Assembly: GCF_030144855.1 (NCBI RefSeq)
Contig: NC_082738.1
Coordinates: 41,850,001 to 41,914,000, forward strand
Origin: Hypanus sabinus
Taxonomy: Eukaryota
DNA: 64,000 nucleotides
Direction of reading: 5' to 3'
This document shows, piece by piece, positions 1-13,670 of this stretch (within the stretch, counting starts at the first letter, position 1; each line of letters begins with the position of its first letter). The translations under genes and the position numbers were made by a program. The notes below the pieces were generated by a model. It ran no database searches and had not been told where the DNA came from. It was given only the letters and a program-made list of their open reading frames with translations.

Positions 1-310
1 GAACTACTGCTCACTAGATTTTTTTTCTGTTTCTGGGCACCACTTTCTATAAACTCTAGGCACCGCTGTGCATGAAAATCCCAGGAGATTAGCAGTTTCT
101 GAGATTCTCAAATCACCTGGTCTGACACCAACAATCATTCAAAGTCACTTAGATGGCACTTCTTCTCCATTCTAAAGTTTGATCTGAACAACAATTGAAT
201 CTCTTGACCATTTCTGCATGCATCTATGCAATGAGTTGGTGCTAAGTGATTGACTGACTAGATAGTTGCAATAACAAGGTGTATATGTTTACCTAATAAA
301 GTGGCCACTA
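1..310 (-). mobile_element. Tc1-like DNA transposon terminal remnant
   Basis: Ends in TACCTAATAAAGTGGCCACT, the reverse complement of a typical fish Tc1 TIR (AGTGGCCACTTTATTAGGTA); truncated by the window edge. Confidence 0.5.
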
Positions 311-1267
311 AATGGATAGGTACCTATCAAGTACTAGAAGGCTCCTTTCTGAAAAGCACAAACAGTGGGCTGAATGGCCTCCATTATACACTAATCATTG
401 TCTGTGATGAATGTATAAAAAGCCAAAGTAGACAATTTCTGGATTATAGGGAATCGATGATTGTGGGGCATCAGATAGAAAAAAAGAGCTAAATCAACCA
501 CAAATTTGCTGAATAATGTAAAAGGTTTGAGGGACAAGTTTTCTGCTATAATTGTTTACTTACATTGAATTATGATACAGTTATGTCAACTAATACACCT
601 TATCATAATCAACTTAAAGAAAAAATATTAAAATTTAAAGCCATAATTCTGTAAAACTGGCAGCTGAGAAATACTATGTTTATCTACAAAAACCAAAGCT
701 ATTCACATCAAGCCTTTTAAATCATACCATTTAGAAATAATTTTTAAAAATTCAGAAGGATGAATTAGAAGCAAAGCAACAGTTCCCAGTGAGCACTTCG
801 AAACATAGATACCAGACTTTGCACCATGTCAGAAGATATAATAGTTTCCTAACTCATTCTCACTCAAACAACAGCAGGAGATCATGCTGAACCTACTTAC
901 ACATCTAAGGACACCAATTATACTAAAATGCCATGCCTCAGATGACAAAATCTTGTACTAATTTTGCAAAAATGACCATACCCCATTAGGACTTAGATAA
1001 TCCTTCTTGAATGTACCCATGTTAAATAACTGTTAACCATAGCAGTTCCATTTCTGACATCAGGGCAAAACCAAAATCAAAAGGTTATAGGAAAAAATTC
1101 TGCTGAAACCATACTTATCATGATTTAATAAAAACTTCATAGTTCACAGTCAATTTAATCCTTTTAAAAAGCTTCTTTCCCTTATATTAACAGTCTTTTT
1201 TATTATATAGTAGAACAAAAAAAAGTGTGAGAACCTCCTCATAAACCAATTTGTGATACTCCAATAC

Positions 1268-1449
1268 CTGGTATAATTAACTTTGTACGCATCAAAATCT
1301 TCATTCTGGGACCTCTGCCGGAATTGAGAAGGAGTTTCCAGTTTCCAGTAGTTCAAACAAAGCAGAAACATTTTGGAAAGTTCATACATAATCTGCTTTT
1401 CTTTGGCAGGAATGTGGCTGAATTTGTACTGAACAAAATTTAGAATTCC
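1268..1449 (-). CDS. KAT2A: KAT2A (GCN5) histone acetyltransferase, coding exon 5 (PCAF-N domain)
   Basis: ag|GILNFVQYKFSHIPAKEKQIMYELSKMFLLCLNYWKLETPSQFRQRSQNEDFDAYKVNYTR|gt, 182 nt; FLLCLNYWKLETP is KAT2A-type rather than KAT2B-type. Confidence 0.95.
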
Positions 1450-2945
1450 CTGGTAGAAACAGAATATTAAAGATTTGAATACAATAATTATGATACATTT
1501 ATATTCATTTATTCTCATGCCTTCCCCCTAAAGCAAAACTTTCCTTTTGTTTCCTGTAATATCGCCCAGAGAACATCATCTTGTGGAATTGGTAAGACTC
1601 TTTGGGACCAATTTTAACTTCTGAGAGTCCAGAATGAATAATTTAACTGCCAGCAAAAATATAATAAATTAAGCTATTTTGTAGCCTAGAGCTCATTTAT
1701 GAAGAACAATATATCTGACAGTGGATACTCCACCCTCTTCCCCCCCCCCCCCCCAATTCAGGCTGCTTTAGCTTGCCCAACATCTGCTTCTACTGTGACA
1801 ACATAAATATCTGAGTAATAATTAAAAATAACAGACTGTTATGAATACAAACTGAAACTAAAGTACGTAACCAAGACCAAATGTTTGGTGCCAAACTGAA
1901 GGAGTGGAGCACGTTCAGATCTATTGGTTTTTGATGAGATACTAAACCCAGGCTGAGATAAAGTTACCAAATAATTCAGATTGCTGGTGTGCTCCAACGT
2001 ATAACCCAATACGGTGTCTTCATTCAAGGTCATCAAATCCAGAGGCTGTTGAAAACTACAAAGGCTACCATCTCCACTGGATTAGCAAAGAAACAGCCAG
2101 AATACACTGACAGCTTGATGTAGAAAACTTCAGAGAATTGTTTTCAATTAATGTTAGTTGTCTATGCTATAAATTTCTGTTTTTACTTTTTAGTTATTTT
2201 CACATGTCCCTGATGAACAGAGAAATTTGTAAACAGCTAAACTGCCTCTGATAGTACAATTAGTCTGGGCAGTCTGTGGACTGAGCTTTGGGGCCCACAC
2301 TGCAGCCCTGTTGCTCATGGCTCGTTGCAATGGGCAGAAGATCCAGAATAGCATCTGGCCTCAGGAGACTCACAGCCACAAAATGTGTGGCAGTGCAGAT
2401 GGTGCCAATAATGCATGGGCTTTCAACAGCTTGTGCTTTTACCGAATCCCTTCCCATCCCTGTTACTGCACTTCATGCTTACACAGTTCTGAAAATCTTT
2501 GCTACGTCAGAGGTATATGATAATCAATATACAAATTCATTTTCTGTACAAAGTATGCCACTCAGATCTCCAGCATATCCAATTCAGATGTCCCAACTTT
2601 GGTTCTTCCTACAACCCTGTCAACTCAACTCCTGTCTGTAAAGTTCTGACTTTTAAAACTCAAGCCTTGAATTATCCAAGTATTACTTCGCTCATTACCA
2701 CACCTTCCCCCCCACCCACCCCACCACCACCACCACCACCACCACCACAATGTGGAGACCAACACAGATTAGTCAAAAAGGGAGAAATTCATAGTTAGAT
2801 TGAAGATGCCCAAGTAATGATGACCAGATCAGAATTTGATGATCTGCTCTAAAAAAAACAAAGAACACCACACAAATTTTGTAATTATTTCTTTCTTCAC
2901 TTATAATCTACAATTTAACTTAAGTTTCTAATATTAAAACCTCAC

Positions 2946-3035
2946 CTGTTCTATACTTGGTTTATCAAATGGAGGGCTTCCCAACTTTTCTTCCACAACA
3001 GGACGTACCATTTGCAAGATACATTTCCGTACAAG
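2946..3035 (-). CDS. KAT2A: KAT2A coding exon 4
   Basis: ag|LVRKCILQMVRPVVEEKLGSPPFDKPSIEQ|gtgag, 90 nt, phase 0/0. Confidence 0.95.
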
Positions 3036-4279
3036 CTAACAAGAAAGAAAAAGTGTCATCTACTTAACATCTTTTTCAACATGTAGAAGAATGATTAAAA
3101 TAGGGCACATTTTTAGCTTGCAAAACACATTGTGTTGACATTTTTCAGTAGCTATAAATGATGCATGACTTTCAAGCTCTCAACACTATTACTGGTATAA
3201 AGCGTTCCAATTGATTGTCAAGACACAAATTGTGCATTTCTCAACGTATAGTAACAGAGGAAAAACAAACTCATTGGGTTTGATTAGAGACCAGTGGTTC
3301 CCAAAGTGGACAATGATAACCCCCTGTGGGTGGTGAGAGTTTCTAAGGGGCAATAAAGATAAAGGGGGAGGTGGGAGGGTGCTCAGTAGCAAGGGGAGGA
3401 GCTGAGGGACTACAGGCTTAATTTAAGAAATTAATTGCTTATCATAAGCATTTGTTCCTCAGAGCCTCACAATTGATTATAATGATCCTGCAATCACCTC
3501 ATCTCTTGCTAACCCACCGTTGTCTTAGACTTTGCTCAAAGTACATTAATAGTTGTTGAAAAGCAATATGACATATCTGTATTTGGCATATCATGATAAA
3601 CATGGACTAAAGAAATCACATTATTTCCAAGCCCAGTCTGTACATTACTGCCGTTCACTACTGTAATACAGTGCAATCTAGTATGATTCCCATAGTCTAA
3701 TCAGGCAGTGATGCAATTCCTATGAAGGTAAAGTTCAGGATCTGCTCTTTTAAATGGTCTTGACCAGATTTCTCTAGCCCACAGCCCAACCAAGAATCAC
3801 TGCCCCACTTCAGGCAGAGTTAAAACTTTACCTTTATTGATCGCAGCACTTGTGGTTGGACTTGAGACAATAGGCAATTGACCATAGTCGTTAATCCATA
3901 ATAAAAATTGCAGAAGCAGACCAAATAATAAATAAGTGTAGTCAGTATAGCATGGATTTATACCAGCACCAAGCAACTAGTGCGTCTGTTGTGTAAAAAG
4001 ACTTTTTCAAATGAAGCAATGAAACCGTGCAAACTCCTTGAACATTTGAAGAGAATATACTCTGATAAAGCAAATAAGAACTTATTTCAGTCATTTTATG
4101 TAAACTTACAGAAACATAAAACACTTAAAAACACATTTGCCAGCACTTCATGACAAAACAGTGATAGTTTTCATTGCTCATTGCTGAATCTGGGAAGCTC
4201 CAAACAATTGGAGAACAGATTCTACCAGAAGTAAGGGAGATTCTGAGTATGGTTTTGCATAAGTCACCATACCAAATAA

Positions 4280-5959
4280 CACTGGATAACAAAAATTCTG
4301 CTTCCTGAATACTTTTGGGTGTATCTTATGGATTTTGGGCTGCTGATCATGAAAATCGCCATGAAATTTCCCTATCACACACTGTTGAAAAAAAAAATCG
4401 CCTGTATTTGTTATTTCAATTCATAATTCAAATCAATTAAAATGTTGCCCACAATGTAAATTTATAAGTTTTCTATCTTGCCCAGGCATGGCTGGGCATA
4501 TTTAGGCAGAGTGGATGCTGCATGGAGGGCAGGTTTTGTAAAGGCTAAAAAAGCATCACACACACACACACCATCCTCTGCATTGTGTTTGCGATCATGT
4601 TGATGTGCATGCTCTACGCGCATATCATATTGTGTGTACTCATTATAAAATAATTGTATTTTCAGGAGTAGTTGTCATAGCAAAATGTTTCGCCAATGCT
4701 GCAACAGCCATGATACTTTGTTATATTTGTGTGTGGTGAGTACATGCTTAAATTTCAAAGACAGAGCCTGACTCCTCTTGTTAAGAAAGCCTATGAGCTC
4801 TACTTTAGCTGTAAAATTGGCAACAAAGACAAAACCGGGGCTCCTTACACTTGTTGCGCAACATGCACTGTTGATTTTAGCGCTTGGCTCAGAGGTATTC
4901 TGAAGTCAATGCTGTTTGCTGTCCTGATGAATTGGCGAGAACAGAAGGATCATGTGACAGACTGCTACTTCTATCTGACTAGTGTGTCTGATTTCTCTGC
5001 TAAAAACAAGAAATCCATTGAATAGCCCAATCTCCCTTCAGCCATGAGACCTGTGCTGCATGACAATAATCTTCCAGTACTGAAGACACCAGAGACATGG
5101 AGTCCAGATTTGGCAGACAAAGATACCATGATGCATGAGCTAGGAATGGAAAATGACACTGATGCTGATACAGATTTTGAACCCTCTATGTTGAGTGAGC
5201 CTCATCTGATAACTCAATCTAAGTTAAATGACCTGGTCAGAGACTTGGGTTTGTCAAAAGCAAAAGCAGAATTACTGGGTTCAAGACTGCATCGATGGGA
5301 TCTGCTGTCACCAGGCACAAAAATTTCTGTGAAGGATTTTGATATTTGAGACAGATGTTTTCCAGAATAACTGATGCCAAGATTAAGGAAAGCATTGTTG
5401 TTGGTCTACAAATCAAACAGGTCATCGATGACAGGTAATCGCATAGAAGGCATTCAAAGATGTTGTTGAAATTTTTCTTGGCAGCTATAGAGCACCAAAC
5501 CACGTGCAGCTGATTGACAACATGCTTCCAGCAGACAAAACCACGAAGTGCATTTTTGCATTCCCATTGAGACTTCCCTGCAAATCTTTGCGCTGTCACT
5601 GCTGAGCATGGCGAAAGGTTTTGCCAGACAATTGTGGTCATGGAGAAATGGAATCAGAACAGGAATCCATTAATGCTGGGTGATTATTGTTGGACATTTA
5701 TACAAGAAGCCTCAGAATCTGAGTACAAATGAAAATCATCAACATTTTTAGTTTAGCTGAATTATTGCAAAGTATTAGCAACATTATGAAATTAAGTGCA
5801 ATAAAAATTTATTTTGTTTCTCCAAATTCCTACATAATACAAGTTATGTATTATATGTATGTATACAATGTAGTTATGTGTTCAGCCTCAAGCAGTCTAT
5901 CATAACCAAAATAAAAATTCTGAGAAGCAACACTTTCTAAAAAAATTTGCTGCCCAGTG
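4280..5959 (+). mobile_element. Chapaev3-like (CMC) DNA transposon, internally deleted, inserted in the hAT transposase
   Basis: CACTGG...CCAGTG termini with 3-bp TAA TSD; transposase remnant CGEYMLK...KKAYELYFSCKIGNKDK...WREQKDHVTDCYF...LITQSKLNDLVRDLGLSKAKAELLGSRL. Confidence 0.75.
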
Positions 5960-6440
5960 TAATTAAAGCAATTCCGCACAGTGACAACTCTGTTCAAAGG
6001 TGAACTGACAAAATGTCTGAGAATGTTAAAGACACATTGTGCCACATACTTGACAAAAGAATTTGCTTTGCAGTTGGATGATTCAACTTTGCCAGGCAAC
6101 GAATCTTTGCTTTTTGGTTATGTTCGCTTCGTAAAAGATGAAAGCATGGTTCAAGAGTTGTTAATTGCAAGGGGACTAGAAACAGGTAAGAAGAGGGAGT
6201 CAATATTTTGGGTTGTTGAACAATTTTTCAAAGAGAAGTACATTATGCTCACCAACATTCTTGCTTGATCAATAACAGGACATCACTGTGGGGCTTATTA
6301 ATTTCTTGGAAAAAAAGGTGTACCTAACATATTTAGCATTCCCTGTGTAATTCATAGATAACACCTTGTCGCAAAAAAGTGATCAGCTGCACAAATCATT
6401 AAATACGGTTATCACAGCAGTAAATAAAATCAAGTCCCAT

Positions 6441-6702
6441 AGGCGCCATGGTAGCATAGCAGTTACCACGACACTATTAATGCTAGGGGCGGAGTTCAGC
6501 ATTCAATTCTGATGTCATCTGTAAGGAGTCTGTAGGTTCTCCCACAGTCGAAAGATCTACTGGTTAGGAGGTTAATTGTTCATTAGACATTGCAATTTGT
6601 CCCGTTATTAGGTTAGGGTTAAATCTGGGGGGGGGAGGGGGTGTCCAGAGGTTGCTAGGTGGTGTGGCTTGAAGAGACTATTCCGCACTGTATGACTAAA
6701 CA
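6441..6702 (+). mobile_element. tRNA-derived V-SINE-like element, degenerate
   Basis: tRNA-like head (GGCGCCATGGTAGCATAGCAGTTA...TTCAATTC) followed by a V-domain-like TCTGTAAGGAGTCTGTAGGTTCTCCC segment. Confidence 0.5.
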
Positions 6703-7932
6703 AATTCTCAAAAGGGGACTGTAACACAAAAGAGTTTGGAAACCACTGGATTAGAACATTAATATATTTGCCCAAAATAATTTGTGTTCGGGATTACAAA
6801 GTCACATATCCTACAAACGGGAATTTTCCAGAATTTTTTAAATACTTAGCCAAATTTTGTTTTATTTCATTGCCCTTATTAATAATTCACTGCACAAATT
6901 TGAGCTTTCTGACATGAAAAATTTTTGATTTAAATTACAGGTTACAGAATAGCATCAACAGCTCTCAAATTCTACATTCAAATCGACTTTTGTCATGAGT
7001 GTTTAAATCTCATTCAAGCCTTCTTTCACCCTTTTCTCCCTAGACCAAAGCATCTACTTCATGCATCTAGACTACTAAAATTCTTTTCCTTTCCCACTAA
7101 TAATCCTACCTTAAAGTAGGGCCAAAAACTAAACAAGATCAGATTTAAACTTAACATTAATTCCTTTCTTTTCCACACATCAGAATTTCCAAATCTGTTA
7201 CCTCAAACAGCTCTTTGAATTCTGTCTGACTTCATTTAATTTCAGTGCATTTACTTCTTGCCGTGGCTCAGCAATAGCTCTCTAATCAGTTATGAAGTTA
7301 TAAATTCAGTTATCAAAAATACAAAAAGATCTTCTAGGCTGAAACTTCAAAATACTACTGGGGGGGTGCAAGACAACTAAGTCTTGAACAAGCCCTCACA
7401 TCTATGTTAAAAACATGCTGCAATATCTAAACACTACAGTTCATATCAGCAAAGGACAACATTTGTCCCTGAAAGAAGAGCACATATTTTGTCATTTATT
7501 ATTGCCATTTGTGAGACATTGCCACATGAGCACAACACCTTACTTTGTATCAGCCACTGCACATCAAAAAGGAACTTCTAAGTACTTCCTCAGACTTAAA
7601 ACAATACTGGGTCCTTCCCCCCACTCCTTATATAGAAACTAAGAACAATGTTATGTACATGCATACTCATTAAAAACATTCAATATTTCAAAAAATTAAT
7701 GGATAATTATGGATTTATTTTAGAACCTCAGTTTATTAATTGCTCATTTTTTTCACACATACACAAATCAATTCCCGCAATGCACTGATGGCATCGTGGC
7801 GTACCCTGAAGATTTTGCAAAGGAAGCTGAGTACGAACACTTCTTTCCAAGTTAATAAGAACTATTGTTCTATTTTTTCAGACCATACAAATAATATCAG
7901 CCAAAGCATTGTTTTACTTAAATTAGACTTAC

Positions 7933-8078
7933 TTTGAAAAGATAAAAATACACTTGTTTGGTATCAGTGTCCTCCTCTTGGTGAACGGACATGAACAGAT
8001 TCTCCACATCCACCACCATCCCAAGTAGTCTGTTAATCTCATCTTCAGAAACATTGTCCAGGTGAGAAACATGGTCTG
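7933..8078 (-). CDS. KAT2A: KAT2A coding exon 3
   Basis: ag|(A)[48 protein letters not shown]|gtaagt, 146 nt, phase matches exon 2. Confidence 0.95.
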
Positions 8079-9064
8079 CTAATGGTCAAATAAATTACAA
8101 AATATCACAAATCCAAACATTAAAGCTAAAAAAAAAGTTTGTTTAGATCTCTACTATTGTAAAACTAGATCTTATTTCAAAAAACAACTTCCATTTAATT
8201 GTTGTGTTGCGACTGTTAGAATTCAATCATCCCATCTAAGGAACACCCTCAGGACAATACACCAGCCAGCTTCAAGTACTTCATCACTAAATTCCCTTCC
8301 ATCAAACAATCAGGATATGGGGATACTCGATTGCACAATGTTCTTTTCCATTTACATCCCCTCAGAAAATGATTATCTGTACCCCTTATGATTTAGACAA
8401 CATTCAGACATTTGCAGATACACCACTGATGACTATGGTCATCTCCAACTAAAGAATAAGTACCTAGCCCTGACATTCAATGGATTCACCACCATATAGT
8501 CCACTATCATAAATATTCTGAGGATCACCAATGACCAGAATCTCAAGTGGCCTAGCTACATAAATACTGTAGCTACAAAAACAGATCAAAGGTTGTGTAT
8601 CCTGTCAAAGTGAATAACTTTGCATCCGAAAATCTTTCCACCATCTAAAGGGCTGAAATTGAGATTGTGACGCAATGCTCTCCACTTACTTGGATGAAAA
8701 TAGCTCCAACAACATTCAAGAGTCCAATTCCACCCACGACAAAACAGCACACTTGATTGAACCTCATTTACCACCATCAACATTTCTTCCACCTTTGGTG
8801 TACTATTGATGTTCCGAGTAACTTCTACAGAATGCACTAATTACTCACCTTGCACCTCCCAAATCCTACTACTGAGAAGGATAAGGGCACGGAAACACAA
8901 ATGTCTACAAGTTCTTCTACCTTGTGTCACACACCACTCATATAGGAAGCATACCACCATTCCTTCAATTCCACAATGTCTAATTCCTAGAACTCACCCC
9001 ACAACAGCACTGCCAGGGTATCCTCACCAGGAAGACACTGTAATTCACCATTCTCTCAAGGGGG

Positions 9065-12000
9065 TATAGAAGCCATGCATCTGTTCTCTATCTGCATTAT
9101 ATTCTATGTTGCGCGCTTCTTATGGTAACTAGTCACGAGTGGGGTCATGGTAAAAATGAAGGGAAAAAGTCATATATCTGTGCTTTCTTTGTCACAGTTT
9201 GTAGTCTCTAGGAACCAGCAGGGTTTGCATCTTTTGCTGATCGCTCAATAACTCTCTATTACACTTAGCTTACACGTGGGTACACTCAAGTTTCATCACT
9301 TCAAGATTATATGTTTGCTAATTGCTAATAAAGGATTGAAAACATATCCTCGACTGTTGGAGACAAATCCGTAGGGTCACATGCAGCGGCAATTGTTTTG
9401 GTTTTGGTTTGGTTGCTACATTCTGTCAGGAGGTTTTCAACAATTATACCAAACGAACATCAGCATTTGGATGTGTCTGTGAAATTAGAAGCCTGGAGCA
9501 GCTTGTGGCAAGTAAAGACCTTTTGTTGGCTCAAGTTGTGTGCTTGTGAAACACAGTTTTGAATGGTCAGTGCTACCTGTCCAATTGGGGACCGAAAACT
9601 GAAAGTGGTGTTTGCCTGACCAGTTCAACCCTTGATTCTGTTGAAATGCTGACTTGAATTACTTCCACTATCGAAAGCTGAATTGAATTGCTGCTGTTTT
9701 GTCTGGGTCGTGCACTTGTAAAACAACACGAGTTAAGCTGGAAGCTGTGACTTTGAAGTCAAGACAAAGATAGAAAGTAAAGAAACATATGATACTGAAG
9801 GTCAGATTGCTGGAGGAAATGAAAATATTTATAAAGCCACAGAACAAGCTGTGACTATGTATGAAGCTGAAGGCAGCACGTCTAATGTGCACGTAGCACG
9901 TTCTATTGCTAGCAGAGTTTCCTACGCATCTGATACCTCATCAGCACGCATTAGAATGGAGGCTGATTTAGCTGAGTTATACACAAGATAATATTGAGGG
10001 ACAAACACACATTGGAAGAAAAAAGGGAACCGCTTTGGAGAGACAAAAGGTGCTAAGGGCTTCAAGTGCTGTGTGTGCTAAATATGCTTCAGCAGGACAG
10101 TTCTATGGTGAGAGTTCCTATGTTGACATGGAAGAGAGAAAATCCAGCACACTCAGTGTCAATGTGGATACATTTAAGGAATAAATGTCTATGAGTCATG
10201 AGTTTGAACCCCAAGGGGCAGTTCAGGGTGCTCACTTTCAGCCTGTACCAATGAGGCACTCTGAAGCTATGCCATATCCAATAGCACAAGATGCTTCTGC
10301 GGACACTGATTTACAGTATGATGACACTTGTCTTATAGATGATATGGTCTAAATGCCACACTGAACACCATAAAGACACAAAAGGAAATAACAAGCATTG
10401 TGATGCAACAACATCTCTGCCTAAAAGAGAAATTCAAATCTTCAATGGCGATCCATTGCAATATTATTCATTCATGAGCGTTTTCAAGAATAGCATTGAA
10501 GGCAAGATGGATAATTATGGTAACCGTCTCTATTTTCTTGAACAGTTCACTGGAAGTTACCCTAGAGAGCTTGTCAAAAATTGCCACCCAGCTGGCCCAG
10601 AGCAAGGATATCTAAAGGCCCAAGCTTTACTACAAAGACACTTCTGGGATGAGCACAAAATTGCTGCAGCCTACATGGAAAAGGCTCTTTCGTAGCAACG
10701 TATCAAATCAGAAGACATGAAAGCTCTTCCAGGATTATAGTCTTTTTCTAAGAGGCTGTTGCAATGCCATGGAAGACGTGCAGGACATACGTGAGTTGGA
10801 CGTGTCTGCTAATGAGGATTGTTGGGAATAAATTGCCTCATAAACTTTGGGAAAAATGGAGATCGACTGTCTATAAACTGAAAGAAAGGCACAACCGTAA
10901 GGTTACTTTCACAGATACTGTTGATTTTATTAAAAGTAAAGATTGCTACACACCCAGTGTTTGGGGAAAAATAATACAATGCTACATTGCCAGCAGTAAG
11001 TAAAAGTGTGAACAAAACGGGATCATAAATTTATTCTCAAGCTAAAGGAAGCAGCTTTGCCGTTACTGTAGCTACTCTGGAAACTGAAGCCACATCTGAG
11101 CCCAGAACTAATGAAGGGGTTCTGATTCAAAACTAGCTGTGCAGGAAGCAAACACTGCAACAAGTACCACCTTGGTATCTAACGGCCTTACGGAGGCTGA
11201 TGATCATGACTGTAAACTTCTTATAATTCCATTTCAAATGAAGTCTAAGAACAGTAACAAGAGTGGTTACTTATGCTTTCATAGATCAAGGAAGTACAGC
11301 AGTGCTCTACACAGTGAGCCTCATGAACAATCTCAACCTGACAGGAAAAGGAACACTTGTGTTCTCTAAAGCACGATAGGTCAAGAGAAGGTTATGAGTA
11401 GTTACATTGTTTCAAGATTGGAAGTGGCTGGCTTAGATAGTGAAAACTTTTGTGAACTGCCTAACATCTATACCTTGTCAGGAATGGTCTCTCCTGAAGC
11501 ACATTCGTTTGCTGGACATTGAGTCAGAAATTGAGCTGCTTATGGGGGTGAACATGCTTAAGACATTGGAACCGTTGCAAGTGATTTGCAGTGTTAATGA
11601 TGGACCCTATGCAATCAAAACAATACTAAGTTGGAATGTGAATGGACCATTGAAAAGAGACCATGGTGGGGGAAGAGCCTGCACTCAGACAGAGCTGACA
11701 GTTAACAGGATTTCAGTTTTGCGCTTGGATGAACTTAGGCAGCAGCGATTCAAGACAGATTTTCCTGACTGCAGTCAAGAGGAACAACCTGCTTTGTCAG
11801 GAGAAGATCACAATCCAGTATAGACTGCTTGCCAAAAGAGAACATATGTGTAAATGGCGAGATTTCATGTAATTATTCTAGTATAATAATTAGGGAGCTG
11901 GAATGTAACAGCCATGCATCTGTTCTAAATCTGCATTGTATTCTGTGTTGCGCGTTATTATGGTAACTAGTCACATGAGTGGGGTCATGGTAAAAGCAAA

Positions 12001-12285
12001 GGGAATAAGTCACGTACCTGTGCTTTGTTCATCACAGTCTGTAGTAGCTGGGACCAGCAGAGGTCATATCTTTTGCAGCCCGCTCAATAATGCTCAATTA
12101 TGCTTAGCTTACACTTAGATATGCTTAAGTTTCATCACTTCAAAATTGTACGTTTGCTAATTGCTATAATGATTGAATACATATCCTCAACTTTTGGAGC
12201 CACATTACTGGAGTAAGGGCTCGGCATGCAGGTATAACAAATCCATAGGCTAACAGGCAGTGACAATTGTTTTAGTTTTGTTTGG
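9065..12285 (+). mobile_element. BEL/Pao LTR retrotransposon, degenerate and internally deleted
   Basis: Direct LTR copies at ~9065-9420 and ~11904-12285; PPT-like TTAGGGAGCTGGAA before the 3' LTR; DUF1759-like gag remnant SLPKREIQIFNGDPLQYYSF...RLYFLEQFT; RT and integrase not seen. Confidence 0.8.
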
Positions 12286-12365
12286 CCAAACCAAACCAAG
12301 TGCAGAACACAGAATACAATTCAGATAGAGGGCTCCTACATAAAAACCCACACCATCAAAATGAC

Positions 12366-12749
12366 TGTAGGAGCCATGCACCTGTTCTCTATCTGCATTG
12401 CATTCTGTGTTGCACGTTTATTATGGTAACTGGTCATGAGGGAGGTCATGGTAAAAGCGAAGGGAATAAGTCACGTGTTTGTACTTTATTTGTCACACTT
12501 TGTAGTAACTGGGGAGCAGCAGATGTTGTATCTTTTGTTGACTGCTCAATAACACTCAATTACATTTAGCGTACACTTGTTTCATCAGTTCAAGATTGTA
12601 TGTTTACTAATTGCTAATAAAGAATTGAATACACTTCCTCAACCTTTGGAGCCACATTACTGGAGTGAGAGCACATCATGCAAGTATAACTAACCTGTAA
12701 GGTCACAAGCAGCAGCAATTATCTTGGGTTTGGTTTGATCTGGTCACTT
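12366..12749 (+). mobile_element. Third copy of the same BEL/Pao LTR (solo-like)
   Basis: Starts TGTAGGAGCCATGCACCTGTTCTCTATCTGC and aligns along its length with the LTRs at 9065 and 11904. Confidence 0.75.
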
Positions 12750-13104
12750 CAGGGAGTTATGAGTGGCTATAAAGTACTGGCCTTGCAGTGTTGCCCAAAA
12801 CCAAAAAATTAAATGACTTTAAAAGTAAATGTATATAATATCTTTGATGCGGCAAAGACAATTGATGTTACAAAACTCATCAAATTTTGACATAAAGCCT
12901 CAACACCTTCAGATGATATTCCATATTGAGGGACTTAAGGACTAAATTCTGGAGCTGTGTACTTGAGTGTTTCTTCATTGCACAGGCATCAAGTTAAACT
13001 CTAACCCCAGAATTAACTAAGCACCTGCCAAACTGATAAAATTATCCAATTCCCACAATAGCTTAAAGCATGAAGGTAAAATTGCCATCGACAATGATAG
13101 TTAC

Positions 13105-13228
13105 CTAATGTGTGTCCACAACTGCGACAGGGCTCACTCAGGCTGACAGCTGGCTGTTGAATTTCCATTCTTGGGGCTGTAGGATGTCTGGGATTTTTCC
13201 AACCATTACACTTACAGGTATCATTAAC
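13105..13228 (-). CDS. KAT2A: KAT2A coding exon 2
   Basis: ag|VNDTCKCNGWKNPRHPTAPRMEIQQPAVSLSEPCRSCGHTL(A)|gtaac, 124 nt. Confidence 0.95.
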
Positions 13229-13417
13229 CTAGAGAGAATTTACATAAAATTCTATTTTAAAAATGTTTTATCATACATAGAACTCACCAATTTACTGTAT
13301 ATTCCAAATATAATGTAGTTATCTTTAGAAAGTTGTAAGATGGAATATACTCTGTTTTTCACCTCCAGAAAAGGAACTGTTACAAATATGTAAAACATCA
13401 AACACCAATGCATCAAA

Positions 13418-13670
13418 AACTCCACCATGGAAGGTCCTAAGCCCAGCTGTGAGGAGGGTTGGGCATGGGACTAGCAACCCCATCCAGTAAAACCCCAGAG
13501 CAACAGAAATGCAAATAGAAGCTTCAAAGACCTCATCCCTGGGAGAGGAAGGATACACCAAAAAGATGGGATACACCTGGGGAGAACTTGAAAAGCTGGC
13601 CCAGGACACAAGATTCTGGCAGCTGCTGTCGGCAGCCTACGCCCCAGCAGGGTTGATGGGCTTAAGTAAG
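13418..13670 (+). mobile_element. Short RTE-clade LINE derivative (5'UTR motif fused to 3' end)
   Basis: RTE-type 5' motif GGGTTGGGCATGGGACTAGCAACCCCATCC joined to C-terminal GYTWGELEKLAQDTRFW and a TAAG tail. Confidence 0.5.

Larger units (their letters stand above)
3292..6748 (+). mobile_element. hAT (Buster/Charlie, ZBED8/SCAND3-like) transposon, degenerate, with nested insertions
   Basis: TIRs CAGTGGTTCCCAAA...TTTGGAAACCACTG; imperfect GATTAGA(n) TSD; BED-finger remnant (CLLCKKTFSNEAMKP) near 3985-4030; catalytic-core remnant FALQLDDSTLPGNESLLFGYVRFV in ORF 5981-6268. Confidence 0.85.

Noticed and set aside
301-1267. Search for KAT2A exon 6 (WLCYCHVPQ...)
   Set aside because: Not found here; the remaining exons must lie to the left of the window.
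2699-2750. Poly-proline ORF segment
   Set aside because: A (CCA)n microsatellite in a KAT2A intron.
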